In this document: positions 1-11,655 of the stretch, one piece after another
Layout of the letters: the number at the start of each line of letters is the position of its first letter
Numbering within the stretch: position 1 is the stretch's first letter
Assembly (NCBI RefSeq): GCF_902713615.1
Contig: NC_052158.1
Coordinates: forward strand, 42,495,159-42,559,158
Reading direction: 5' to 3'
From: Scyliorhinus canicula
Taxonomy: Eukaryota
DNA length: 64,000 nucleotides
The notes under the pieces: generated by a model
Databases searched by the model: none
What the model was told of the DNA's origin: nothing
The model's input: the letters and a program-made list of their open reading frames with translations, nothing else
Made by a program: the position numbers and the translations under genes

Positions 1-378
1 ACTATGCTCCCTGTACGGACATGATTGTCTGGCACAATTCAGCTCCCACTCCATCTACAAGGTTGCTGATGACTCGACCGTAGTGGGTCGTATCTCAAAC
101 AACGACGAGTCGGCTTAGTGGCGTGGTGTAATAACAATAATCTCTTCCTCAACATCAATAAGGGAGCTGGTCATTGACTTCAGGAAGCGAAGTATCGTAC
201 ACGTCCCTGTCTGCATCAATGGCGCCGAGGTGGAGATGGCTGACAGCTTCAAATTCCTAGGTGTAAATGTCACCAACAATCTGTCCTGGTCCCCCCAGGT
301 CGACGCTACAACCAAGAAAGCACAACAGCACCTATACTTCCTCAGGAAATTCGGCATGTTCGCATTGACTTACTAAAT

Positions 379-695
379 GTCAGCACAGTAGCATAATGGT
401 TAGTACAATTGCTTCACAGCTCCAGGGTCCCAGGTTCGATTCCTGCCTGTGTCACTGTGGAGTCTGCACGTTCTCCCAGTGTGTGCGTGGGTTTCCTCCA
501 GGTGCTCCAGTTTCCTCCCACAGTCCAAAGATGTGCAGGTTAGGTGGATTGGCCATGCTAAATTGCCCTTAGTGTCCAAAATTGTCCTTAGTGCTGGATG
601 GGGTGGAGGTGTAGACTTGAGTATGGTACTCTTTCCAAGAGCCATTGCAGACTAGATGGGCTGAATGGCCATCTTCTGCACTGTAAATTCTATGA
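379..695 (+). mobile_element. HE1-like V-SINE (tRNA-derived, elasmobranch)
   Basis: tRNA-like head (CAGCACAGTAGCATAATGGTTAG...GGTTCGATTCC), V-domain GGTTTCCTCC...CCAAAGATGTGCAGGTTAGGTGGATTGGCCATGCTAAATTGCCC, and tail CTGCACTGTAAATTCTATGA. Confidence 0.85.
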
Positions 696-734
696 AATTT
701 CTATAGATGTACCATAGAAAGCAAATCATCCTAG

Positions 735-900
735 GCTGGATTCTCTGCCGTCAGGATGCTCCGTTTTGCCGGCAGCCCGGGGTTTCCTGACAGCGTGGGG
801 CTGTCCCACAATGGGAAACCCCACTGACCAGCCAGCAAAATGGAACATCCCGACGGAATGCTGAACTAGAAATCTGACACGGCGGTATGGAGAATCCAGC
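735..900. mobile_element. 166-bp palindromic MITE-like element
   Basis: Perfect terminal inverted repeats GCTGGATTCTC (735-745) / GAGAATCCAGC (890-900). An internal 24-bp inverted pair has 4 mismatches. The element interrupts the Rex1 codons IES-ILS. Confidence 0.7.
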
Positions 901-1387
901 TTCCTATCTGGCTGCATCACAGCCTGGTATGGCAACTGCTCAGCCCAAGGCTGCAAGAAACTTCAGAGAGTTGTGAATACCGCCCAGTCCATCACATAAA
1001 CCTGCCTCCCATCCATTGACTCCATCTACACCTCCTGCTGCCTGGGGAAAGTTAGCATAATTAAAGACCTCTCCCACCCGGGTTATTCTTTCTTCCATCA
1101 GGTAGGAGATGCAAAAGTCTGAGAACATGCACAAACAGATTCAAAAACAACTTCTTGCCCGCTCTTGTCAGACTCCTGAATAACCCTTTGAGGGTCTGAA
1201 CTGATCTTATGGACGGAACTGATCCTGAGACTGTGTTGACACGAGGGCAGGATTCGTGGACTTCCACGACAAAACTGACCATTTCAGCGAGCATTGAGGG
1301 GCTAGCACAGGTGCCACATGTAACATAATCGATTCTAATGGAAAACAGTGCCAGATTCCCCACACACACACCATCCCAGCCAACAAG

Positions 1388-2070
1388 ATGGCAATAAGGA
1401 GAGCAGCACCCTTTTTTTTTAAACTGATGCAGAACCAGAGACCCTGCTGGACACCGTGGAGGAGAAGTGGGAACACCTGTACCCCGGCCCAAAAAGGAGG
1501 CTGCCAGCCGCCACCGTTCGCCAAACCCGAACCCCCACCCTGCACCATCTGCCAGTACCCATGCTGGCCGCTATGGCCAGGTGCCCTGGTCACTGAAGCC
1601 ACCAGCTGGGCTGCATGTGTGGGACTGTCTAACACTGCGTGGTCTGTTTCCCCCCCCTCTCCAGTTAGCTTCTGGCTGCTGTTGAGTAAAGAGTCCAGAG
1701 TTCTGCTCCTATTCCCAAACACCTTTATTTTCCTTGAACACACCATCTCCAAAACTCTAGCACCACATCATATGCCACAAGAGCCACCTGCAACCCCTCA
1801 ACATATCAGTGTCAATTATTGGATACTTAACATCAATGAGACATCTAATTGGAATGTCTCTGAACCCATTGCTTAACATTCCCTAACCAGGAGAAGGCTG
1901 CACACAACCAGCAGGAGTGGGAGAAGACTGGAGGGGGACCGCCGGACCTGCGGCTCCTCATTGTGGCAAAGCAGAAGGTCCTGGACATGGTCAGTGGGCC
2001 AGAGGAAAGGGCAGTCGCCGGTGTGGACATCGGCCTTCGACAAGGGAGTGAGACCCTACTGAGTTGCGGT
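1388..2070 (+). pseudogene. Harbinger Myb/SANT-like DNA-binding protein (NAIF1/MSANTD-like), frameshifted, two exons
   Basis: MAIRRAAP..TDAEPETLLDTVEEKWEHLYPGPKRRLPAATVRQ across a frameshift. After the acceptor CCTAACCAG (~1890) it reads EKAAHNQQEWEKTGGGPPDLRLLIVAKQKVLDMV. Confidence 0.65.
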
Positions 2071-2989
2071 TCCTCATGACCCGTCTGTCCGCACACCCCT
2101 AAAGCACCACCCTCACCCCCACATCCCCCGACTGCCCGCAGTCTAATCATGCGTCCCGTTTTGTGTCTTGAAGGACCTGCTGGTGATGGAGCAGGTTCAT
2201 CTGGCGTCTCTTGCCACCAGCCAGTGCCACAGCCTGAGACCCGGATGCTGAGCAGTGATGAATACACCAACACAGACAGGAGCCAGCAGCCCCCCTCCCG
2301 CAACCCCCCGGAGACCCAGGCCACCCCATACTCGGGTCCTGGAATGATATTGACTTTCTGTCATAGCTGCCCCCAACACCCCCCACCATCAGAGAGACAT
2401 TCATTTCGGTTGGGTAGTTTAGGTGAAGAGGCTCCTGGGGATAGATGCACCAGTACATCAGGTGGAGGTAGGAACTCCCAAGGGGATGGACAGTCGGAGG
2501 GCAAGCCGATCTCAGGGACTAGCTGTTCAGATGGATTTCAGGCTTCTGGAAAGGACAGTCCCATCGATTGTGGAGATGCAATTGCAGAGCCAGGGACTAC
2601 ATGAGGGGTTACCGGCGAATATTCAGCACCTGCAGGCGTAGGTGGAGGAGTCCAACCGTGTGCAGGAGCAGGAGGTGGTGCCGATGTATGCCACCCAGGA
2701 GGTGGTGTCACAGTGGAGGCATTGGGGCACTGGTTTTGGCTATGGATCAGCATGTCCAAGGCCTGGGTTTGACAATGTCTGCCTCCTGCCCACGGTAGCA
2801 CTGTCTACCATCCACTAGGGTGATCCCTGTATCCAAGCTGGCCATTTCATTACACAGTTCCATTGAATCCCTGGATCCCCAAGTGGCAGGGATGGGGACA
2901 ATAGGGGTCATTGTAGTGGGTCTCCACGTTGGTCTGTGGCCATCAACTCGGACTGCAGCAGATAACCCCTGTTGCCCAAAAGCCAACCG

Positions 2990-3800
2990 CAGCAGGGTCA
3001 GGAATTGTTGAGCGTGCCAGGATGAAGGCACAGTGCATGCTGCCCAGGTATCGGGCACAGACGTGCACGATGCGCATCTGATGGTCACACACCAGCTGCA
3101 CGTTCATCGAGTGGAACCTCTTTCAGTTTGTGAAGAGCGACCTGTCACCTGTAGGTGCTCATAGGGCGATATGCATTCCGTCAATCATCCCTTGGACCCT
3201 GGGCATGTCGACGGTGGTGGTGAACCGTGCTGTCTAGGGATCCTAGTGGGCACGGTCCACATTGAAATGGATGCATTATTCCGATCAGGCATACAACCGT
3301 GCAGATGCACCTGTGCACCGAGGTCTGTGAGATTCTGGACAGGTCCCCACTCAGCGCCTGGGAAGGACTCTGTGTAAATGTTCCGGGCGACGGGCACGAT
3401 GGCTATAAGGAGTGGGTGTCCTTCCCCATTGCCCCGCGGTGCCAGGTACGCCATCATCTGGCAGATATGTCTTTGATGGTATGTCTGGTGCGACAGGCCC
3501 TGGAATGACTGGCGCTGCCGGTACACACGAGGCCTCATGCGGCGCCTTCTTTGCACCGCCTCCTCCTCGACCTGTTGGGCAGCCGGCTCTCAATCCTCAG
3601 TGGCTGGCTCATGTTCCTCTGGGGCAGACACTGTTACTGCATCTTCCTCCTTCTTGGGCAACTCCTGCTTGTACCGCAGTGCATCATCCAGGGCCACGAG
3701 ACTAGGAGGAAGGTCACCATTGCTGGTTGAATTCCAATATCCATTGTCTGCAGGGGTGAAAGGCAGACATGTTAGCATGGTGCGTACCCCTGTGCCCAAT
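2990..3800 (-). pseudogene. Harbinger (HARBI1-like) transposase, truncated with stops
   Basis: RRRRMRPRVYRQR...HICQMMAYLAPRGNG..HPL, then MPRVQGMIDGMHIAL*AP...FTN*KRFHSMNVQLVCDHQMRIVHVCARYLGSMHCAFIL. The IDGxH and NxK.FHS.NVQ.VCD motifs are Harbinger DDE hallmarks. Confidence 0.8.
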
Positions 3801-4459
3801 CAGGTCCAATGGGTGAAATGTTGCCCCGGTTGGCACTGCAAACTCTGCCCCTGCATGTGCCTCCCCCAGGCCCCAGTGCTCGGTGCATGGGGGCCTCTGG
3901 CCCTGGTGCCCATCCCTGCTGCCAGGGGTACCATTGCCTGCTGCTGCCCATGCAACAGTACGCTCCATGGCCCCCATGCAATGCCCTCTCTGTGGGGTCT
4001 ACTGTGGGCATCGCCCTTGGGTGGGCCGTGTGATGCCTTGCCGGTGGGTGGCGGCCAGTTGGGGGTGGGGTGGTTTTCCGGAGGATGGCAGATGGGATGA
4101 GAGCTCGGGGGCATCCATATGGCCGGTGGCACTCGGCAGAATCAGGGGCCAGGGTGAGCGGTCAGTGGGGTGCGCAGCAAGATGGCTGCCTTCTGGCTGT
4201 GGCAATGGCAGTCCGTGACTGGGCATCACCCCAGTCCTGTGGGATGGGAGGCACCTGGCCCCATGCCCTGTTTTCCCGTCACCCCCGCCCTCCCCCTCCC
4301 CTGGCAGGATCCCCACACCTCAGCCATCCAGGCCAGTGTCAGGACCTGCAACCCACAGTAACACCACTCCGTCACCTACCTCCTCTCTCTCCTTCCCTCA
4401 TCAGCCACGGTTTCCCATTTTTCCAAGCACAAGTGAACCCTGCCATCGGGAATTTGCAC

Positions 4460-4705
4460 GAGTGGAGGCGAAGGGTATCCCTGAGGGAACAATCCCTGTG
4501 GAATGCTGACAGGGTGTGAGGAGAAGATATGTTTGGTGGTGGCATCATGCTGGAGTTGGTGGAGGATGATTCTTTGAATGTGGAGGCTGGTGGGGTATAA
4601 ATCTCATCGTATTTCCAGTTCTCTCCAACTTTGACAAAGTCATCAAGATGCGAAACGCCGTTCGCACGCCTTAGATGCTGTCAGGCCTGTTGAGATTACA
4701 TAGAG
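4460..4705 (-). mobile_element. Penelope-like element fragment plus degenerate terminal repeat
   Basis: The minus strand reads YPTSLHIQRIILHQLQHDATTKHIF..LSAFHRDCSLRDTL, the linker region of fish/shark Penelope RT-GIY-YIG proteins. Confidence 0.6.
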
Positions 4706-4706
4706 A

Positions 4707-5047
4707 ACATAGAACAGTACAGCACAGAACAGGCCCTTCGGCCCTCAATGTTGTGCCGAGCCATGATCACCCTACTCAAACCCACGTATCCACCCTATAC
4801 CCGTAACCCAACAACCCCCCCCCCCCTTAACCTTACTTTATAGGACACTACGGGCAATTTAGCATGGCCAATCCACCTAACCCGCACATCTTTGGACTGT
4901 GGGAGGAAACCGGAGCACCCGGAGGAAACCCACGCACACACGGGGAGGACGTGCAGACTCCGCACAGACAGTGACCCAGCCAGGAACCGAACCTGGGACC
5001 CTGGAGCTGTGAAGCATTTATGCTAACCACCATGCTACCGTGCTGCC
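4707..5047 (-). mobile_element. HE1-like V-SINE
   Basis: Reverse-complement tRNA head and V-domain, with an ACATAGAGAACATAGAAC tail repeat. Confidence 0.85.
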
Positions 5048-5952
5048 TTTGTCCAGCATTTTCTGTTTTTGTTTCAGATTACAGGATTTGCAATAATTTG
5101 CTTTTGTCACTGAAACAAAATGAAGCTGTTCATATTCCTCATATTAACAATATGGCCCTGATCAGACTGGTACCTGGAGCAGCCCGACAGGAGCCAGTGC
5201 CAGAATCTCAATGCACTGGACTTTGTTTCCTTACTGAAAATATAGCACATTTCTTTTGACCAAGGTGTGGATTATGTGACTAATTGGGCAGGAGTGGGTT
5301 CACTGAACATCCCTCTGTGCTATTTTATCTGCCTCTGCTTGGCCAGGAGTCAGAATTCTAAAGTTTCATTCCATAAAAAAAGAGTTATTGGATGTTTCGG
5401 TAAAACTGTCAACAAGGTCAGGGATTATAAAAAGACGAGATGCTAAAAATTAAGGGATGCCAACAAATGATCAGCCAAAATGTGACAACGAGAGTGACAA
5501 AAAGCAAAATAAAAACATGCCAGAGCCATGAATCGACAATAAAGTCCAACATATATTTATTATCTGACAGTAATACTTCACAACTCTGATCACAAGTAAT
5601 ATAAAAACTGACCTTGGAATGAGACCTGTGCTGTCTGTGGAAACAGGACATGCCCCTGTGGCTGGAGATTATATAATTGGCAGCTGATATTTGTAACCTG
5701 ACTGAATTTACAAATCCCCCCAAAACTGAAGAACAAACCTCCACTTACAGGGAGACCAACAGAGAGGGAGTGTAGTTAGTGCTGTAAAATACCCGCGTAA
5801 TGCTTCACTGCTGGTGCCAGGGACGTTCAGACTGAGGAAATGGGGAATTCCTCACTATGGGGCAGTCTCTTCCCACATGTTCTCCCAGACATCTCCAGCC
5901 AGAGAGACGTCCGGGGGAACAGGCTCAGACCGGGCATGATGGCATGCCTCAC

Positions 5953-8900
5953 TTACAGGGGCACCCGGGCACAGCCCCTGCCCAAAACAGGGGATCCCAG
6001 GCACAGCCCCCACCCCAGTTACAGGGGGGCACAGGCACAGCCCCCACCCCAGTTACAGGGGGACCCCGGGCACAGCCCCCACCGCAGTTACAGGGGGGCA
6101 CGGGCACAGCCCCCGCCCCGTTACAGGGGTACCCGGGCACAGCCCCCGCCCCGTTACAGGGGAACCCCGGGCACAGCCCCCACCCAGTTAGAGGGGAACC
6201 CGGGCACAGCCCCCACCCCAGTTACAGGGGAACCCGGGCACAGCCCCCGCCCCAGTTACAGGGGAACCCGGGCACAGCCCCCGCCCCAGTTACAGGGGAA
6301 CCCGGGCACAGCCCCCACCCCAGTTACAGGGGGACCAGGGCACAGCCCCCGCCCCAGTTACAGGGGAGCCCTGGGCACAGCCCCCACCCCAGTTAGAGGG
6401 GAACCCCGGGCACAGCCCCCGCCCCAGTTACAGGAGAACCCCGGGCACAGCCCCCGCCCCAGTTACAGGGGAACCCCGGGCACAGCCCCCGCCCCAGTTA
6501 CAGGGGAACCCGGGCACAGCCCCCGCCCCAGTTACAGGGGAACCCCGGGCACAGCCCCCGCCCCAGTTACAGGGGAACCCGGGCACAGCCCCCGCCCCAG
6601 TTACAGGGGAACCCGGGCACAGCCCCCGCCCCAGTTACAGGGGAACCCGGGCACAGCCCCCGCCCCAGTTACAGGGGAACATGGGCACAGCCCCCACCCC
6701 AGTTACAGAGGTACCCGGGCACAGCCCCCGCCCCATTACAGGGGTACCCGGGCACAGGCCCCGCCCCGTTACAGGGGAACCCCGGGCACAGCCCCCACCC
6801 AGTTAGAGGGGAACCCCGGGCACAGCCCCCGCCCCATTTACAGGGGAACCCTGGCACAGCCCCCGCCCCAGTTACAGGGGAACCCCGGGCACAGCCCCCC
6901 GCCCCAGTTACAGGGGAACCCGGGCACAGACCCCGCCCCAGTTACAGGGGAACCCGGGCACAGCCCCCGCCACAGTTACAGGGGAACCCGGGCACAGCCC
7001 CCGCCACAGTTACAGGGGAACCCGGGCACTGCCCCCCCCCACCCCAGTTACAGGGGAACCCCGGGCACAGCCCCCGCCCCAGTTACAGGGGAACCCGGGC
7101 ACAGTCCCCGCCCCAGTTACAGGGGAACCCGGGCACAGCCCCCGCCCCAGTTACAGGGGAACCCGGGCACAGCCCTCGCCCCAGTTACAGGGGAATCCCG
7201 GGCACAGCCCACACCCCAGTTACAGGGGAACCCCGGGCACAGCCCCCACCCCAGTTACAGGGGAACCCCGGGCACAGACCCCACCCCAGTTAGGGGGGAC
7301 CCCGGGCACAGACCCCACCCCAGTTAGGGGGGAACCCGGGCACAGCCCCCACCCCAGTTAGGGGGGAACCCCGGGCACAGCCCCCACCCCAGTTACAGGG
7401 GAACCCTGGGCACAGCCCCCACCCCAGTTACAGGGGAACCCTGGGCACAGCCCCCACCCCAGTTACAGGGGAACCCGGGCACAGCCCCCACCCCCGGTTA
7501 CAGGGGAACCCGGGCACAGCCCCCACCCCAGTTACAGGGGAACCCGGGCACAGCCCCCGCCCCAGTTACAGAGGAACCCCGGGCACAGCCCCCACCCCAG
7601 TTACAGAGGAACCCCGGGCACTGCCCCCACCCCCCCGCCAAAGTTACAGGGGAACCCGGGCACTTCCCCCCCCCCCCCCCCCCCCGCCCCAGTTACAGGG
7701 GAACGCCAGGCACAGCCCCCACCCCAGTTACAGAGGAACCCCGGGCACACCCCCCGCCCCAGTTACAGGGGAACCCGGGCGCAGCCCCCGCCCCAGTTAC
7801 AGGGGAACCCCGGGCACTGCCCCCGCCCCAGTTACAGGGGAACCCCGGGCACAGCCCCCACCCCAGTTACAGGGGAACCCCGGGCACAGCCCCCACCCCA
7901 GTTACAGGGGAACCCCGGGCACAGCCCCCGCCCCAGTTACAGGGGAACCCCGAGCACAGCCCCCACCCCAGTTCCAGGGGAACCCGGGCACAGCCCCCGC
8001 CCCAGTTACAGGGGAACCCGGGCACAGCCCCCGCCCTAGTTACAGGGGAACCCGGGCACAGCCCCCGCCCCAGTTACAGGGGAACCCGGGCACAGCCCCG
8101 CCCCAGTTACAGGGGAACCCCGGGCACAGCCCCCCCCCAGTTACAGGGGAACCCGGGCACAGCCCCCGCCCCAGTTACAGGGGAACCCCGGGCACAGCCC
8201 CCCCCCAGTTACAGGGGAACCCGGGCACAGCCCCACCCCAGTTACAGGGGAACCCGGGCACAGCCCCCACCCCAGTTACAGGGGAACCCGGGCACAGACC
8301 CCACCCCAGTTACAGGGGAACCCGGGCACAGCCCCCACCCCCAGTTACAGGGGAACCCCGGGCACAGCCCCCGCCCCAGTTAGAGGGGAACCCGGGCACA
8401 GCCCCCACCCCAGTTAGAGGGGAACCCGGGCACAGCCCCCACCCCAGTTAGAGGGGAACCCCGGGCACAGCCCCCGCCCCAGTTACAGGGGAACCCGGGC
8501 ACAGCCCCCGCCCCAGTTACAGGGGAACCCCGGGCACAGCCCCCGCCCCAGTTACAGGGGGACCCGGGCACAGCCCCCACCCCAGTTACAGGGTGACCTG
8601 GGCACAGCCCCCGCCCCATTTACAGGGGAGCCCTGGGCACAGCCCCCGCCCCAGTTACAGGGGAACCCCGGGCACAGCCCCACCCAAGTTACAGGGGAGC
8701 CCCGGGCACAGCCCCCACCCAGTTACAGGGGAACCCTGGCACAGCCCCCACCCCAGTTACAGAGGAACCCGGGCACAGCCCCCACCCAGTTACAGGGGAA
8801 CCCCGGGCACAGCCCCCGCCCCAGTTACAGGGGAACCCCGGGCACAGCCCCCACCCAGTTACAGGGGAACCCCGGGCACAGCCCCCGCCCCAGTTACAGG

Positions 8901-10259
8901 GGAACCCCGGGCACAGCCCCCGCCCCAGTTACAGGGGAACCCGGGCACAGCCCCCACCCCAGTTACAGGGGAACCCGGGCACAGCCCCCCACCGCAGTTA
9001 CAAGGGAACCCCGGGCACAGCCCCCGCCCTAGTTACAGGGGAACCCCGGGCACAGCCCCCACCCAGTTAGAGGGGAACCCCGGGCACAGCCCCCGCCCCA
9101 GTTAGAGGGGAACCCCGGGCACAGCCCCCGCCCCAGTTACAGGGGAACCCAGGGCACAGCCCCCGCCCCAGTTACAGGGGAACCCCGGGCACAGCCCCCA
9201 CCCTAGTTACAGGGGAACCCCGGGCACAGCCCCACCCCAGTTACAGGGGAACCCGGGCACAGCCCCCACCCCAGTTACAGGGGAACCCGGGCACAGCCCC
9301 CACCCCCAGTTACAGGGGGTCAAGGGCACAGCCCCCACCCCGGTTACAGGGGGGCTCGGGCACAGCCCCCGCCCCATTATAGGGGTACCCGGGCACAGCC
9401 CCCGCCCCATTATAGGGGTACCCGGGCACAGCCCCCTCCCCGTTACAGGGGAACCCCGGGAACAGCCCCGAACCAGTTAGAGGGGAACCCCGGGCACAGC
9501 CCCCGCCCCAGTTACAGGGGAACCAGGGCACAGCCCCCGCCCCAGTTACAGGGGAACCCGGCACAGCCCCCACCCAGTACCAGGGGAACCACGGGCACAG
9601 CCCCCACCCCAGTTACAGGGGAATCCCGGGCACAGCCCCCACCCCAGTTACAGGGGAACCCCGGGCACAGCCCCCACCCCAGTTACAGGGGGACCCGGGC
9701 ACAGCCCCCACCCCAGTTACAGGGGAATCCCGGGCACAGCCCCCGCCCCAGTTACAGGGGAATCCCGGGCACAGCCCCCACCCCCAGTTACAGGGGAACC
9801 CGGGCACAGCCCCTACCCCAGTTACAGGGGAACCCGGGCACAGCCCCGCCCAGTTAGCAGGGGCACCCCGGGCACAGCCCCCGCCCCAGTTACAGGGGAA
9901 CCCCGGGCAACAGCCCCCGCCCCAGTTACAGGGAACCCCGGGCACAGCCCCCGCCCAGTTACAAGGGGAACCCGGGCACAGCCCCAGCCCCAGTTACAGG
10001 GGAACCCTGGGCACAGCCCCCGCCCCCAGTTACAGGGGAACCCTGGGCACAGCCCCCGCCCCAGTTACAGGGGAACCCCGGGCACAGCCCCCGCCCTAGT
10101 TACAGGGGAACCCCGGGCACAGCCCCCGCCCCAGTTACAGGGGAACCCGGGCACAGCCCCCGCCCCAGTTACAGGGGAACCCCGGGCACAGCCCCCGCCC
10201 TAGTTACAGGGGAACCCCGGGCACAGCCCCCGCCCCAGTTACAGGGGAACCCGGGCACG
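5953..10259 (+). repeat. GC-rich minisatellite, ~34-35-bp unit GGGGAACCC(C)GGGCACAGCCCCCGCCCCAGTTACA, ~125 copies (MHC IIB intron 2)
   Basis: Direct tandem repetition is visible throughout. Copy number is estimated as length/unit. Confidence 0.97.
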
Positions 10260-10322
10260 GCCCCCGGTCGGGGCATAGGGCCGGTGATGGGAAGTCCCCC
10301 CCCCCCGATCCCCCGCTCTCAC

Positions 10323-10583
10323 CTCTCCGGGGCAGCACGTCACTTTCATCGATGCCAATGTTAGTCTGACACATGGCGATCGCTTGTTGGTAGGTCGATT
10401 CCCCGCTCTCTTTAGTCCATCTCTCCGCATCGCTTTTCGACCAGTCCTTCACCGCGATGTACTTCTTCTGGTTAAAGTCGTAATACGAGATCAGCTCATG
10501 ATCATAGACATCGTAGTCAATATAGGTCCAGGTCCCGGAGCTGTTAAACTCACATCCAGCTATGCTGCTGTAGGTGTGAGCCC
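10323..10583 (-). CDS. mhc2b: MHC class II beta chain exon 2 (beta-1 peptide-binding domain)
   Basis: 261-nt phase 1-1 exon bounded by CTCTCTCTCACAG| and |GTGAG. It encodes (G)AHTYSSIAGCEFNSSGTWTYIDYDVYDHELISYYDFNQKKYIAVKDWSKSDAERWTKESGESTYQQAIAMCQTNIGIDESDVLPRR, with a Cys pair 61 apart, an N-glycan site NSS after the first Cys, Y(D)xE..xYD, W, and a C-x-x-N...RR end like class II beta CRHNYGVxESFTVQRR. Confidence 0.9.
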
Positions 10584-10805
10584 CTGTGAGAGAGAGAGAC
10601 ACACACAGAGTTACTGCCGGGAGACAGACAGCACCGACCCCCTGACATCCCGGGGGGGGGGGGGGGGGGGAGGGTCTCCTAACCACCGGGAGGTCTGATA
10701 ATCCACGGGGAACACCAGGAATTATCCTTCACTAACATGGGACCCGACAGACAGGAGTGGAAGGGCCGAGGACCGAGGGGAAAGGTTTGGAGCCGGGGGG
10801 GCGGA

Positions 10806-11490
10806 GGCTGTGCCTGGGGTTCCCCTGTAACTGGGGCGGGGGCTGTGCCCGGGGTTCCCCTGTAACTGGGGCGGGGGCTGTGCCCGGGGTTCCCCTGTAA
10901 CTGGGGCGGGGGCTGTGCCCGGGGTTCCCCTGTAACTGGGGCGGGGGCTGTGCCCGGGTTCCCCTGTAACTGGGGCGGGGGCTGTGCCCGGGTTCCCCTG
11001 TAACTGGGGTGGGGGCTGTGCCCAGGGTTCCCCTGTAACTGGGGTGGGGGCTGTGCCCGGGGTTCCCCTCTAACTGGGGCCGAGGCTGTGCCCGGGGTTC
11101 CCCTGTAACTGGGGCGGGGGCTGTGCCCGGGGTTCCCCTCTAACTGGGGCGGGGGCTGTGCCCGGGGTTCCCCTGTAACTGGGGCGGGGGCTGTGCCCGG
11201 GCCCCCTTGTAACTGGGGTGGGGGCTGTGCCCGGGTTCCCCTGTAACTGGGGCGGGGGCTGTGCCCGGGTTCCCCTGTAACTGGGGCGGGGGCTGTGCCC
11301 GGGTTCCCCTGTAACTGGGGCGGGGGCTGTGCCCGGGGTTCCCCTGTAACTGGGGTGGGGGCTGTGCCCGGGGTTCCCCTGTAACTAGGGCGGGGGCTGT
11401 GCCCGGGTTCCCCTGTAACTGCGGCGGGGGCTGTGCCCGGGTTCCCCTGTAACTGGGGTGGGGGGGCTAAGCCCAGGGTCCCCCTCTAAC
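10806..11490 (-). repeat. Same ~34-bp minisatellite in inverted orientation, ~20 copies (MHC IIB intron 1)
   Basis: The unit CTGTGCCCGGGGTTCCCCTGTAACTGGGGCGGGGG is the reverse complement of the 5953-10259 unit. Confidence 0.95.
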
Positions 11491-11655
11491 GGGGCTGTGA
11501 GAACCGAGTTACAAACTGCAAACTTGTCAGGGAGAGAGAGAGTGAACACAAATGTCAGCTGGAACTCTATAACTAATTGCAACTTCATTTTGCTCCACCG
11601 CCTAGCCCTATAACAGAGAGCACGATCAAAGAGCTATTGATGTGGGGTTATCTCG

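Larger units (their letters stand above)
1..1185 (+). mobile_element. Rex1/Babar-type non-LTR retrotransposon RT 3' fragment, interrupted by a SINE (379-695) and a palindromic element (735-900)
   Basis: Reading across the inserts gives LCSLYGHDC...YKVADDSTVVGRISNNDES, FLGVNVTNNLSWS...KKAQQHLYFLRKFGM, FYRCTIES/LSGCITAWYGNCSAQ, LQRVVNTAQSIT and RFKNNFLPALVRLLN. These match Rex1/Babar RT C-terminal motifs. Stops and frameshifts are present. Confidence 0.75.
1245..4455. mobile_element. Decayed PIF/Harbinger DNA transposon with convergent Myb/SANT gene (+) and DDE transposase (-)
   Basis: TIR-like GGGCAGGATTC at 1245 and the two-gene convergent layout typical of Harbinger (see the two pseudogene features). 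The right end is approximate. Confidence 0.7.

Noticed and set aside
5418-5744. Hydrophobic minus-strand ORF as the MHC TM exon
   Set aside because: GTG start, AT-rich, and no class II connecting-peptide or GxxG..G TM pattern.
5840-9945. Long Pro/Gly-rich ORFs (495 aa, 179 aa, 170 aa etc.)
   Set aside because: Translations of the GC minisatellite, which lacks stops in some frames. There is no coding signature, and they lie in an MHC intron.
10323-10583. Exon as MHC class I alpha-2 (HT....GCE start looks class I-like)
   Set aside because: It is spliced directly after a leader exon, ends C-x-x-N...RR rather than C..WL..Y, and is driven by an S-X-Y class II promoter.
11385-11588. MKLQLVIEFQLTFVFTLSL... 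as the leader exon
   Set aside because: No convincing donor was found and it runs into the minisatellite. The exon at 17790-17892 has a consensus donor, the correct phase and a promoter.
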